A DNA stretch of 62,485 bases, filler included, from Globobulimina sp. (lineage: Eukaryota), in assembly GCA_003354225.1 (NCBI GenBank). It is 40 parts of 40 records of this genome, joined end to end, with 100 filler letters (N's around TTAATTAATTAA, not from the genome) between each part and the next. Parts side by side here need not be neighbours in the genome. Positions count along the whole stretch, not along the records: positions 1 to 1,466 come from PIVH01016238.1; positions 1,567 to 3,032 come from PIVH01016239.1; positions 3,133 to 4,598 come from PIVH01016240.1; positions 4,699 to 6,164 come from PIVH01016241.1; positions 6,265 to 7,730 come from PIVH01016242.1; positions 7,831 to 9,296 come from PIVH01016243.1; positions 9,397 to 10,862 come from PIVH01016244.1; positions 10,963 to 12,427 come from PIVH01016245.1; 32 more parts are not named here. One strand, 5' to 3'. Position numbers and translations under genes: made by a program. This document shows positions 1 to 12,790 of this stretch, piece after piece (positions within the stretch are counted from its first letter, which is position 1; every line of letters begins with the position of its first letter). The notes under the pieces were generated by a model. It was not told the origin of the DNA. It searched no databases and saw only the letters and a list, made by a program, of their open reading frames with translations.

Positions 1-846
1 TGCTAATTCCATCTATTTTTAGTTCAGTTAAGGCAGATCATTCCAGGACCGGCCAACCACTCAAACATCAAGAGGATTAGCAGGGAGGCATATGATATCA
101 ATGCTCGATATCATATTGGGAAATGGCACAATATCGGCGCAGCTGTTCAATCGGACTATTCATATTTGGCGCCCAACCCTGCAGGATGTATCAACATGCA
201 CTGGCTGATAAGATACGGTGGGAATTGGCTCAGACGCCTGGGATGGCGTGATCTGTGACAAATTTGCCTACGACTGGACAGAATCATGCAGCCAATATGC
301 GAACTGGAAACCTGTGATCAGTGAGCTTGGCTCTCATGATCATTCGATTCTTGGGTCATCTTATTATACTGTTGCCTATTCTATTATTATTTTATGTATT
401 TTATAATGGCTTTTTAATGATGGACCTCAAGTAAAAAGGACTCTGGTATTCTTTGGTAAAACATTCGTATTTTATCTTAGTTTAGTTCTCATTTGAGCTT
501 TCATTTCATGCATTTGTTCCCGATTCTGCAGACACAATCATCACCATCCTAACAGTAGACCAAGTAGTTTTAGCTGTCTTTTCACCTGGATCCCCAGAGT
601 AGAACTCTCGGTGGAACCACTTGGCAGCTATTACCTGCTCATTAAGGTTTACTGTTACAGTGGTGGCAGCTAACTTGCATTGTTTTGTGTTATATATACA
701 GTCGTGTAAAACGATCCTGAAGGGGTCCGTACTTTGGTGAAACTTCCCATGCGGTTACACACAGCTGTACATCATAACAGACAAATAAGACAGTCAGTGC
801 ACAATCACCATATTCGAGTACATATAGTAACAACAGTGTATAAGTC

Positions 847-1466
847 ATGAAGTTAATATATTATGGAGAGACCACACCATCACATAAACAAGTGCACATA
901 TCCAACACATTACTTATAGTACAGGAACATGCTATGAATGAATGTGACACTGAGTCAAATAATGATTGTGGTATGACCGATTTACATGATCAAGTTTGTT
1001 TCAATGGCTGTTTAGTGCCCCATTTCGGTGAAGATGCTATGGATGAAACTCCCTCAATAGAACAATCAGAAGAATATGAGTCATGGGGACAAGTCTATCC
1101 ACTAGAATACGACATTGGCATGTTTCTTTGGTGTCAGGACAGAAAACAACAATTTCCACCAACCAGTTTTTATGATTTGCCAGACGCTCTGTTGCCCACT
1201 GTGCACAATTTCCCATATCCCAGATGGACAAGAGCCTACCAAACATGGCTTGAGGGAGGAGATCGTGATGCAGTCATGGAGACCTTTAATTATGGTGAGA
1301 TAAATATATATGATGTAGTCACTGATTATCAAACAGACACAGTATGGGCACAATACACAACATATGATGAGCCACAATACAAAAAATATGATCATGATTA
1401 TGTACCTTACAATACATTGTACAGTCTTGCAGTTACAACAGCGCCTGTTATTTTAGAGTATCAACA
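847..1466 (+). CDS. Hypothetical acidic/Tyr-rich protein, 3'-truncated
   Basis: About 206 open codons running to the contig edge; no recognised motif. Confidence 0.4.
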
Positions 1467-1566
1467 NNNNNNNNNNNNNNNNNNNNNNNNNNNNNNNNNN
1501 NNNNNNNNNNTTAATTAATTAANNNNNNNNNNNNNNNNNNNNNNNNNNNNNNNNNNNNNNNNNNNN
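1467..1566. other. Artificial contig-joining spacer (N44-TTAATTAATTAA-N44), first of 39; the last is at 60923-61022
   Basis: Identical 100-bp unit with stops in all six frames recurs every ~1565 bp; flanking content is unrelated and contig lengths fall from 1466 to 1463 bp. Confidence 0.99.
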
Positions 1567-1707
1567 GAATAAACAAAACACTGATAATTTTTTACATTGT
1601 CATCAAATTCATGAGAAATATTATATAAAATATTTATAGATTTAATGTTTTGTTGTTTGTGTGTTTTATAATTAGATGATGAGTTTAACAGTTTCCTGCA
1701 TCCAACA

Positions 1708-2577
1708 ATGCTCCGTGAAAGGCGTAATGTGGAGGCCTGGCTGAAAGAGAATGAGTTTGCGATAAAAGATTCGAAATGGTTTAATACGGCACCTGACGAA
1801 GAGTCCACTTTTTATAAATATTTTGAGAAACTTCCAGAATATTCGACAAAATTAAAACACTTAAAACTGTGTAAATTGTCGTGGAAAGACATTGATCCAT
1901 ATTATATTTTGGATGCTGCCTCGGTGAGAATTGCCCGTTTAATACGTCCGAATGCTGCAAATGACGGAGATGCTTTTTTAGATATTTTGGATATGTGCAG
2001 TGCGCCGGGCGGCAAATCATTGGTTATTATCTCGAATATGTTTGAAAAGAAGGTTCAGTGCAAAGTGACAATGAATGAGATGTCCTTTCAAAGAAGAAAA
2101 GTGCTGAAGTCTGTGGTGGATGCCTTCCTTCCACAGAATATTTGTGTGGAGCACTGTGTGTTGACCAGCATCGATGCAAAGTTATGGGGCTTGGCAGAAG
2201 CAAATAAATATTCGTACATTTTATTGGATGCGCCCTGTTCGTCGGACCGCCATTTATTGAAAGAACGGACGGAAATAAACAAATGGTCTCTGAAATCGTG
2301 TAAGAATTTATGCAAAACTCAGTTTGCTTTGCTGCGATCTGCATTGGACAGTGTGGTGATTGGTGGATATGTGATTTATGTGACGTGCACTATGAATGGC
2401 ATGGAAAATGACCAGTTAATCCACCAAATTCTAAAGAAAAGACCTGGCAAAGTTGAAATAACGCAGATAGCCTTAAACAATGCGGAAAAAACTGAATATG
2501 GCATGCAAATATTGCCTGATCGGTCTCCTTTTTATGAAGGACCATTATATGTTTGTTCATTGCGAAGAATATATTAA
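1708..2577 (+). CDS. RsmB/NOP2-family RNA m5C methyltransferase (NSUN3/NSUN4-like); probably the last exon, with an acceptor AG at 1674-1675
   Basis: Motif I LDMCSAPGGKS, motif IV LLDAPCS, motif VI YVTCT, END and C-terminal GPLY. Confidence 0.93.
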   Translation: MLRERRNVEAWLKENEFAIKDSKWFNTAPDEESTFYKYFEKLPEYSTKLKHLKLCKLSWKDIDPYYILDAASVRIARLIRPNAANDGDAFLDILDMCSAPGGKSLVIISNMFEKKVQCKVTMNEMSFQRRKVLKSVVDAFLPQNICVEHCVLTSIDAKLWGLAEANKYSYILLDAPCSSDRHLLKERTEINKWSLKSCKNLCKTQFALLRSALDSVVIGGYVIYVTCTMNGMENDQLIHQILKKRPGKVEITQIALNNAEKTEYGMQILPDRSPFYEGPLYVCSLRRIY

Positions 2578-3132
2578 AATAAGTGTGTCACGATTTGTGA
2601 TTTCAAAATATTTAGGACGTCGACTGTTAACTGCCAAATTGTCAGACATAATAAATTTACACGTTTCTCATAAATATTGCAGTTACACAAATACTTCCAT
2701 AGTTATCATACTGCTCTGCTCGATAGTTATTATTCGATATCATACGGTGTGGCCACAATTGCCTTAATGCACAAAAGAAGTATCGATATGATGATAAATA
2801 TTGTGAGCAAAATGGGTGTATCAATCGTGAAGAAGATCTGAACCATTTTATGTTTGAGTGTGGTAATTACGAAGATTACCGAGCGGAGATGATAGTATTT
2901 GTCGATAGAGTCTATATGGATACATATGGACATTCATTCAATTCAAATGAAAAGATTAGATTTATCTTGTTTCCATTTCAAAGTGATTTGATGGAACAAG
3001 AAATAAAAAGCGATATGACAGCAAGAAAAGAGNNNNNNNNNNNNNNNNNNNNNNNNNNNNNNNNNNNNNNNNNNNNTTAATTAATTAANNNNNNNNNNNN
3101 NNNNNNNNNNNNNNNNNNNNNNNNNNNNNNNN

Positions 3133-3747
3133 ATTATTATTCTTATTCTTATTCTTATTCTCTTTCTTTTCCATTGTTTGCACTCTTAATCCCATGCTAA
3201 AAAGATGAAATATTTGATGATGAAACTTATCAAATAAATGACAATAAAAATCAAATCGTTGATCATTATTATTATTATTTTCTTTCTTTTCTTCCTCTCT
3301 TTCATCATAATATCTTTTTAATTGATTACATTTTGAAATATCACATGTTATAAATGCATATTTATTTTTTAATTCTTTTTTAATTTCAATTAATTCATTA
3401 TTTGAGGAATGTTCTTTTAAAAAATGTGCAAAATCATCAATAAAATGTGTGTATGATTCATTACAAAATTCAATTAATATTTCTTGAGTTACTTTACTTG
3501 CATTCATTTGATTATTATTTATTAACACATTAAAATATTTTAAGCTCATTGTTAATCGCTGTAAATATGAGCAATTTGATATAATTTCATTCTTTAATTT
3601 ATTGCAATTTGTTGATATTTCTTCAAATATTTTAAGATCAATATGCATGGATTTATTATTAACATTATCATGTTTAGTTGTGTTGGATTTCGATTCGTTT
3701 AATATTTTGTTTGCCATGATGTGAGTTGTTGAATTAAGCTGAAACAC
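3133..3747 (-). CDS. Hypothetical Asn/Lys-rich protein, 3'-truncated
   Basis: About 205 open codons with a C-x4-C-x5-R / D-x2-H-x3-H pattern; no function assignable. Confidence 0.55.
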
Positions 3748-3943
3748 ATAAAATATATCAACATGATTGCGGTTAATGTAATAATACTTAACATGATTGT
3801 GTTGCTTTAAGACGTGGAGTTTATGTTTCTTGTGCTTGGTTTGCTTCTAGCTAACAAATAGTATGTTGCTTAAATAATATTTAGTTCTTAATTAGGTCAT
3901 TTCTGCACAAAAAGATGTTTTTACATCAAACGATCATACAATA

Positions 3944-4598
3944 ATGAGCACATTCATAATGTCAAACTCAGCTGCCAAGCGTCTCTCGACTCATTCTTTA
4001 CGCTACAAACCATTACAATATACCAGAATGTGTCATAGATCTATCAGCCATTCAATCTTTATACGGAATGCAAATTATTCAATGTGTCAAACAACAAAAT
4101 CGTTGAGGAATTGCTATAAATATCCATTTCATTCATCACCACGCCCTCTAGCGATGCCATTGCTGCCTGCACTTTTCGCCATGTCTAAGCCAACGATAAT
4201 ACTCATGACCAAAAGTTATTTTCTATTTGCAAACAAAATATAACATAAAAATTGCAATGGATATGCAGTTTTGCTCAAATTTGGACGACCAATGTTTTTG
4301 ATTTTGCGATGGATTTGGTTTTTTATCCCACGTCGATTCCGAAGCAAAGTAGAAACATTTTTCTACCATCGATATTTTAATAAATATTCCAAATGGAATT
4401 TCTATGCGTTTCTATCCACATTATGGGCGTTGGGCTTTTATTCATACTTTTCGAATTTAGAAGAAGTTCCATATTCATTCCGGCGCAGATTCTCTTACAT
4501 GAAAATGCAAGATTTGTATGAAGAATCCATGCAGGAAGCAACCGGACAATTAACTGCTTACAAAGACAAAATATTGCCCAGCTCACATCCGTTACACA
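3944..4598 (+). CDS. OMA1: OMA1-like M48 metallopeptidase, N-terminal part (2 exons; intron 4215-4268)
   Basis: Removing the 54-bp GT-AG intron joins the two ORFs in frame. Arg/Ser-rich presequence-like N-terminus, TM segment, then YFSNLEEVPYSFRRRF and ILPSSHP typical of OMA1. The HEXXH motif is not reached. Confidence 0.72.
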
Positions 4599-4893
4599 NN
4601 NNNNNNNNNNNNNNNNNNNNNNNNNNNNNNNNNNNNNNNNNNTTAATTAATTAANNNNNNNNNNNNNNNNNNNNNNNNNNNNNNNNNNNNNNNNNNNNAA
4701 TTTATATATGTTTTTTATTTTGAATTTGTATTATAATTAAATAATTAAATAAATTGTTATAGTTTTTTTATTTCTTGTTCATGCCATATATATGGAATGT
4801 GTAGTTTCATGCATGATATATGCGCATCCTTGCACAAAACAAGTACTTTTTGGAGGAAAAGTTTCCGTGTTTCTGTTATTTTTTCGGACTAAC

Positions 4894-6045
4894 ATGAGGT
4901 TTAGGATTGGAACTTTGAATGTTCATTGGGTTGTGCGGCCAAAGGGAATGGATCAATTTGTTAACTTAGTATTTGATAATAAATTGGATATATTGGTGAT
5001 CCAGGAAGGTCAAAGTGATGCAGTGCAGAAGTTTGTGAATAAATTGAATGAAAGTGAGAAAGAACAATCTGTGAATTCGATTTTTAAATGGAGCCATGCA
5101 TCGGCAATGCCATCATTTCTATGTAACTCCATCATATCAAGATATCCCATAATTGAACAACATACGGTATGTTGGGATTGGTTACAATACCAAAAGCATA
5201 AACATGTTGGTTCAAAAGAAAATAGATCTGCTGTTCTGGCAACAATAATGATTAAACAAGACATAAATGACAAAGATGAAGAGATTAAAACGCAACATAT
5301 CAATGATTGTACATGTATGATATCGATAATGTGCACTCATTTGGATCATATTGATGAAGATTGCAGATTGTTGCAAATAAATCATTTTTTGGATAATAAT
5401 TATAAGACACAAAGAAATGATAAAAATAAACAATATCCAGATATATTATGTGGTGATTTTAATAGTTTATTGCAAAGCGATTACACTATAAATGATTGGA
5501 ATAAAATCGCAGATATTCGGAGAAACACTAACTGGGAAACACCAAAAAATGAGTTAATGAGTAAATTGTTGTTAAATGATAATGATAAAATGGGATATTA
5601 TGATACGTTGGAAAGTTCATTGAAACAGACATTTTATGTCGAGAAATATTTAGAAAATGTAAATGATAAAAATAAAATGGAGTTTGCTGAATTTAATGAG
5701 AGAGTAAATCTGCCGAAATGGACAAGTTCCATGGCAAATAATGGTGGAAATGTATTTAATAAGTTTTTTAAAAATATGAATATAAAACATAAAAATAAGA
5801 ATGAGGAAAAAGAGCAAAGTAATGAGTTGGATGGGAAACTGAATGCAATGTTTTTTGAATATTTTAGCAAACGATGGGAAGCAACATGTCGGTTTCATAC
5901 AAGAATTGATTATATATTGGTTCTAAAACATTTATTGTCAAATAATAAATGGAGATTGATAGATTTTGGATTTCAAGATACAATCAAAACAGAGTTGACA
6001 GATCATAAATTATATTGGTGTGAGTTTGAGCTTGAATGCAATTAA
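4894..6045 (+). CDS. Endonuclease/exonuclease/phosphatase (EEP, DNase I-like) family protein
   Basis: TLNVH, LVIQE, CTHLD, LCGDFN, RIDYI and TDH motifs in order; likely start MRFRIGTLNV at 4894. Confidence 0.9.
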   Translation: MRFRIGTLNVHWVVRPKGMDQFVNLVFDNKLDILVIQEGQSDAVQKFVNKLNESEKEQSVNSIFKWSHASAMPSFLCNSIISRYPIIEQHTVCWDWLQYQKHKHVGSKENRSAVLATIMIKQDINDKDEEIKTQHINDCTCMISIMCTHLDHIDEDCRLLQINHFLDNNYKTQRNDKNKQYPDILCGDFNSLLQSDYTINDWNKIADIRRNTNWETPKNELMSKLLLNDNDKMGYYDTLESSLKQTFYVEKYLENVNDKNKMEFAEFNERVNLPKWTSSMANNGGNVFNKFFKNMNIKHKNKNEEKEQSNELDGKLNAMFFEYFSKRWEATCRFHTRIDYILVLKHLLSNNKWRLIDFGFQDTIKTELTDHKLYWCEFELECN

Positions 6046-6264
6046 CGCAAAAGAATTGAAGTAAAACAATTTTGTATCTTTTCAACAATTTCTTCGGTCA
6101 CTCTAATCCTGTATTAATGCTTGCAGACTGTGTTTGAGAATTGGAATTAATAAGCAATATTTATNNNNNNNNNNNNNNNNNNNNNNNNNNNNNNNNNNNN
6201 NNNNNNNNTTAATTAATTAANNNNNNNNNNNNNNNNNNNNNNNNNNNNNNNNNNNNNNNNNNNN

Positions 6265-7730
6265 GAGTCCGGCCGCATCGGCAATTAATTTCTTGCATCT
6301 GTTGCTAAATTGGATGGCATTTTCATCCTGTTTTATAGCCACCGGTTCCAAATAATGCACCTCCGCCACCATGGCCCATGAAGTCATAATGTCCACCAAA
6401 TGCATGCCAAATGATCGTTGCCTCGATATCCAATATGCGTCAATAAAGGAAGCATTATACTTTATGCCGACTGGACATATCTCGCAGTTTAAGGTGAAAG
6501 CACCTTTCTTAAATTGTATACAATATTCATTATTTACGCAGGTCCCTTCGGGGAATATCAATAAACGCGGTTTGTTGCTATCTAAAATATGCCCACGTAT
6601 ACGTTTCATGGCTAAGGCACGATCTTTTTGCTCCGATCGATTGAACCAGACACAATTCAAAGATTTCAAGAGTTCCGTCTGAAACCACAGTACTAAGGGA
6701 CGGCTAGATTGCAATTGGCCGACCACACAAAATGGCGTCATTTGCATTAACAACATCCAATCGACCATGGTCGTATGGTTCGAGACCTATTATGTGAAAA
6801 TATACACATTCTCTGGTTTAGCGACACAAAAATATCACATTTTGCTCACAAATGTGTTCAGGAAACAGCTGAAATGGAACATTTTGTTGGCAGTATAAAT
6901 CCGAGAAATTAAATGTGCGCAAAATATCAGATTTATACTGCACGCAAAGCACAAAACGGTTCATTTCTTTTTTTTGATCTAACAAATGAGCAATATGCTA
7001 AGCAATGTGTGCAAGGATAGGAAATATTTGTGCATCATACATATATTTGATTTGCTTTCCTTTTTGCAATGACTCCTTTGTACTCAATGACCGCTCCCCA
7101 AGAGGCTAAGATGAGTTTGGCGCAGAATTGCAAGGACCATAGTTCCCATTGGGATAATTTTTGTGGGTCATTGACGAATATTTTCTTCCAAATCCAAAAC
7201 TGCAACAAAGTTAATAATATGCTAATGGTCATAGTCAATAATCTGAACGGGAACAATATTAAATATCGAAACACAACGCCGATACTCCAAAGTATGAATA
7301 AATATGCATTGAAATTCCATGCTCTGCGCTCTGGTCTTTTGAAGCAAAGCGAAAAGTCATCATCGACTACCACTTGCATGCCGCCATTGATATTATCCAA
7401 AATATCGCCCAAATTGAATGATTTTTGCGGGTCAATGGATTGTTGCTGTTGGATTTGTTGCAAATAGGATTGTTCAATGTGGCGGTTTATGCGTAATGAC
7501 TGGGTGCCGCTGGCTGCCCCCAAGATAAAAGAGGAGGAGAGGTCTTCTTGTTGCAATGCTAGTGTCTTGTTTAGGGATTGTTGGATGGACATTCGACGAG
7601 GGGTCGAACTTCTTGGTTTTGTTGAGAAATTTAATTTTGATGGAGAAAGCACCGCATCGTCATCATCCTCGTGTGCTTGTTTGAGTTCTAGTACTTTGTC
7701 AATGTTGTCGTTTTCAACTGGTTCACTTGC
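6265..7730 (-). CDS. Glycerol-3-phosphate acyltransferase (GPAT3/4/9-like), partial; intron 6787-7040
   Basis: Splicing rebuilds QIYVSNHTTMVD (HX4D motif); WFNR, LIFPEGTCVNN and FKKGAF are present. Confidence 0.93.
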
Positions 7731-7830
7731 NNNNNNNNNNNNNNNNNNNNNNNNNNNNNNNNNNNNNNNNNNNNTTAATTAATTAANNNNNNNNNNNNNN
7801 NNNNNNNNNNNNNNNNNNNNNNNNNNNNNN

Positions 7831-8566
7831 GATTTTGAAATTTATCCTCAATTATTTGTTGCAAAAACGCTTTTATATCATCTGTTTTTTTGTCAATATG
7901 CTTCAAAACTATTTGAGTGTTTTGAGGCTCATCGGGTAGCGTTATAATCAGATTTCGTTTATTTGAGTTTGCAACAATTCTACTTTGATGCGCGTGCTGT
8001 TTTTGAATGTTAAATACATTCCGAATCTCTATCTCAATGTAGATTTTCAGCGAACTGCACTCCATAAATTCAGCAAATGGTAACACCGCTTCTCTGCAAT
8101 GTCTATAATTTTGATTGTTATAATCAAATTCTACGTTGGTTTGTTGTATTGACATTTGATTGAAATGCAACGTATAATTAATGAATACACTCGCCGCGTT
8201 TTCGGGTAATGCACATAATTGCAGTGCGACTTGAAATTCTGCTCCGTTTTTGCCTGTTTTGTTGGGAAAAAATCGTAAACACCACATGTTATTAAATACT
8301 TTGGACTCAAATGACGAGTTGACACTGCCACATTTCATTGCTTGTACAAATGAAAAGGGCACATTCCAGTTAAAACTTTGTATTTGGTCGCAACGAATTG
8401 TGTTTTGATAGTAATAATTATTATCATTGAGAATAATGCGTAATATCCGCAAAGTGAGTGTGAATTTTAATGCATATAAATTTAATTTTGTTACTTTCTC
8501 AGATGATACTACTCCGTCTCTCCATCGATACTCCGTATCTCGTTTATAATTTCTGATATTTGCCAT
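7831..8566 (-). CDS. Hypothetical protein with a MATH/TRAF-like beta-sandwich, 3'-truncated
   Basis: FNW...FESKVF..WCLRFFPN...LQL pattern resembles MATH domains. Confidence 0.5.
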
Positions 8567-8724
8567 TCTGTTTTATTGATGTTGAAATTATACCGCTGTA
8601 CAGGTTGTTGCTTTAATTGGCGAAGCACCTCCGTGAAATCAACAACAAAACTCTCATTGAAATGCATTCTGAAGCTGTACTAGCGAAAATCGTACATACA
8701 CAAGTAACATTATTTATATTTATT

Positions 8725-9296
8725 TTATTTTATATCCGGAGTTTGTGCTCCTTCAATTTGTTCCGTATTATAAGCAGTGGGAGCTGGGATATTTCGTGCA
8801 TACTCTTTTTGTTTTCGTCCAGTCAACGCATCAATTTGTTGAACCAAAACCATTTGATCTTTAAAATCATTAATCCCATACATCAACAAATCCACATTCT
8901 TGATCTGTTTCAAACCACTTCCGGTCAACGCAACTTTGCCCATTTCAATCTGTAAAATATTTTTATATTTTAAAAATCTGCCATTTGCCAAACCCATCAT
9001 CCATTCAATAATATTATTATAATCCCAATGTTGCCATTCATAAATATTCACTTTCTTTACAATCGTCATTTCATTCAATCGTTTTCCAATAATTTCTTTC
9101 CATTCTTTTGTAGAATTAATACATTGATTATATTTTGCTTCTAAACCATTCAAATTCTTTTGCAATCTTTGCATTGTCATCAAATCAAATTCTTTTAAAT
9201 TAACCATTGGCTTTACTCGATTCATTCCAATATTATTATTATTATCATTCATTGTATTAATAAACGAATTAAATGAAAATATATCACCACTACCAA
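8725..9296 (-). CDS. Coiled-coil plus C-terminal SAM-domain protein, 5'-truncated
   Basis: W-D-x3-I-x-W...G-x2-L...GI-x-D-F-K-D SAM-like signature, matching the paralogue at 53207-54025. Confidence 0.7.
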
Positions 9297-9832
9297 NNNN
9301 NNNNNNNNNNNNNNNNNNNNNNNNNNNNNNNNNNNNNNNNTTAATTAATTAANNNNNNNNNNNNNNNNNNNNNNNNNNNNNNNNNNNNNNNNNNNNTGCT
9401 CATTCGGCCGACGTTTGTTGTTGTACAAGTGATAATACACTTGATCATACTTTGATGTATGATCACGAGACTCGAACTCGAGTAACCTGCACTAAAAAAA
9501 AAGATCAAGATCGTTTTTATGCAATCCATTTGGCGCTACCTGTCGAAGCAGACGATCGTTGAAAAAAGTAGTGACTAGGTCAGCCAGACAACCACACAGC
9601 CAGACTGCCAGACAGGCAGATAGGCAGACAGCCAGCCAGACAGAAAAGTAGCGATCTCTCGTGTCACGTGCCTCAAGTGCATGTGCCTCAAGTGCATGTG
9701 ATCATACATATATGTATGATCACGTGGACAACCACACGGGTCGCCCGCATTATATAGGAACTCGTTTCTATAGCTTTGACCGTGTTACCGCTTAACGGTA
9801 CTATAATGCTTTCTATAATTTCCGACTATCCT

Positions 9833-10862
9833 GCAAGAATACTAAAATAGAAGAATATGTAACCAAGCTGAAAACCTGGTTCGCTTTGAGTATGGTATGA
9901 GTACAGCACCTACTGAGCGCGAGTATTGTTGCTGATGCATATCTATGTATATTAGAAGAATTTTTAAAAAATTCCACGGGGCTGAAGCATCTAATTGGTC
10001 AGAAATTTCGCGCATAAAGAAACTCCATGGACAATAAAGGCCAACCAAATACAAGCAATGAAATTAATGAATTAAATGAGAATGAATTGGGAATTGGGAT
10101 AAATTGAATTGTGAATAGAATAGAATTGTGATAAATTGAATTGGGCATCTCAATAGCTGGTATATGAATAAAACTGGGAAGGAAAATATGTTATAAATAA
10201 AATGTTAAAAGATAACATTTTATTAATAATGTTAAAAAAGTTTTTTGATGCATGATGAAATATGAAATAGAATTAGTGCATTTAACTGAATTGAAAGCAA
10301 AGTCGATAATTCAGTTGATTTTATCCGTCTACAGTCTATATTTAATTATTAGACTAATCGAATAAATGTTTAATTATATCAATCATATTTATGTTGAAAA
10401 GGATATAATACAGAATTACCTACATTTTTTAACCTTGATATCGTTGCTGGGCGAATACAATTGTACTGAATTAGTGACTTTGCTTTCGATTCAGTTAAAT
10501 GCACTAATTCTAATGTTAATTATAAGGTATATTAGTTTATTATGCTTGCGAGTATGTTTTTTTTAGAAATCTAAGCGATTAAATAAAGTTTTCGTTTTTA
10601 ACATTATATGAAAAACTTTAAAATGTTCACTAAGAATCCAATCAATTCACTAGATGAGCAAGAATACTAAAATAACAAGAATATGTAACCAAGCTGAAAA
10701 CCTGGTTATCTTTGAGTACCGTATGCGTACAGCACCTACCGAGCTCAGGTATTGTTGCTTATGTTTATCTATACATGATAGAAGAAATAGAGCAATAATT
10801 TATCTAAATTGTCAGAATTTTCTCACATAAAGAAACCCCATCGACAATAAAGGCGACTATCA
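9833..10862 (+). repeat. Two ~205-215-bp imperfect direct repeats (9833-~10050 and 10658-10862)
   Basis: Both begin GCAAGAATACTAAAATA..AAGAATATGTAACCAAGCTGAAAACCTGGTT and end near GACAATAAAGGC; starts are 825 bp apart. Confidence 0.9.
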
Positions 10863-11358
10863 NNNNNNNNNNNNNNNNNNNNNNNNNNNNNNNNNNNNNN
10901 NNNNNNTTAATTAATTAANNNNNNNNNNNNNNNNNNNNNNNNNNNNNNNNNNNNNNNNNNNNTAATTTCTATCAATTTAAAAGGTTTATTTGTTTCAATT
11001 ATAATTAAATTAATGATACATAGTGGAAGCAAATCATTTGCGAAATACAGTGAGCGGATAAATTGAGTTATTTGTGATTTTTTCAGCATTGTTTATGTCT
11101 CTTTCGATGATTTTTTGTGTTTCTTTTGTCCATTAATATTTACACAGTGTTGCATGTTGATTGTGGTGTATATCATAGATATTTGTTTGTGTTTATTGAT
11201 CCTTTTTTGTGTTTGACCCTTTTTTTTTGTTGCTTTGCCTTTGAGTTCAGGCACAGTTTATGTATTTGTCTGTGTTTACTTCTATATTTTATATCGATCT
11301 CGTTTTCTCGTTCAAATTTCGCATATAAAATCTTCAAAAACACTCAACTTCACTAGCC

Positions 11359-12187
11359 ATGAACGTACAAAAACCAGTTCATCGAACAGTACAGAGAATC
11401 ATCTCATTATCCCATAAATATCCAAGAACTCATTATTTCCTGCAACAAAAACATTTGTTATCCAATCTACCCAACTCACACAACCATCAAAACAAACAAC
11501 ACAACTTCACCAATAATGAATATGCAAAGATCTCAAACCATTCATTTGCAACTTCTCCATCAACAAACGACAAAAAGCAAAACAAGCGACCTTTATTGAA
11601 CCGATTCTTTCGTTTATTTGCAGTGGGACCGAAAATCAATTACATTTTGGAAAAATCTGGTAATTTCCATCCAAATCGTTTCTATAATTAATTATAACAA
11701 AAACACTAATTTTTTGATTGTATACGAATATTAAATACGATATATATAAATAGGAGCGATACAGAGTTATTCATTGATGAATTTAATATCGACATCGTCA
11801 GCATTGGCCATTTATTCATTTATCGGAATAACAACAATGAGTTATTTTAATATTGATACAACACCATTTGTCGGGTTATTTGGTGTTTGTGGCGCAGCGA
11901 TAGGATTTGGAATGAAAGATATTGCAAATAATTATGTCTGTGGTGTTGTTATGGCTTTGCAATCATTGTTCAAAAGAGGCGATGAAGTGACTGTGGCCAA
12001 TTCATATACAGGAATTGTACAAAAAATGAATTTGAGACACTTAGAATTGGAAACTATTCAGGATGACGAAAAGAAAATTGTTTTTATACCAAATAATGAT
12101 GTATTTGCAAAACCAATTATTATTCATCGCAAAATGCCTGTCACTGCACCGGATGCGATGGTTAATGACTCTGAGGGAAATCAATGA
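11359..12187 (+). CDS. MscS-family mechanosensitive channel, short form (2 exons; intron 11660-11753)
   Basis: GAAIGFGMKDIANNYVCGV (TM3), FKRGDEV, GIVQKMNLR and VFIPN; splicing joins a basic presequence-like N-terminus in frame. Confidence 0.88.
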
Positions 12188-12790
12188 ATAATGTGTTTTG
12201 TGTAAGTATACATTTTTGTGCACAGTCATCAACCAAGATAACTTTCAGGAAACCTAATTACTACGCGCATTATGAGCAAAAACGCGTTTTTTCGAGCGGA
12301 GAAAAGCAACATTTAATGTCTGCAAATATTTACATAAAAAAATATCATGATCATCAAAAAAAAAACAAGCACAAAAGAGCAGACAGACAAATGAAAGCAA
12401 AAAAAGAAAAAACAAACAAAAAAGGTGNNNNNNNNNNNNNNNNNNNNNNNNNNNNNNNNNNNNNNNNNNNNTTAATTAATTAANNNNNNNNNNNNNNNNN
12501 NNNNNNNNNNNNNNNNNNNNNNNNNNNCAATATGAAATTTATCCAATATTTATATGTAAAACAAACATAAATTACGTAATATTGGATAAATTGCATTATA
12601 TTGATTCAGATACCTTAAATTCGTCGTTTTTAAATTCATTATTGTTCAAATTTAGATTCAATACATCCAACTTTATCTGCGCAGCTATCGATTTATTAAT
12701 TATTACAGGTTCGGATCTATATTTTTGAAGCGCTTAATATAAACAACCAAACACAAAAAATTACAACAAAATAATTAAAACATTATATAA

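Noticed and set aside
23-258. Short frame ending ...HIGKWHNIGAAVQSDYSY... as a tyrosine-recombinase C-terminus
   Set aside because: Only a G-x-W...Y resemblance with no H-x-x-R box visible; too weak to call.
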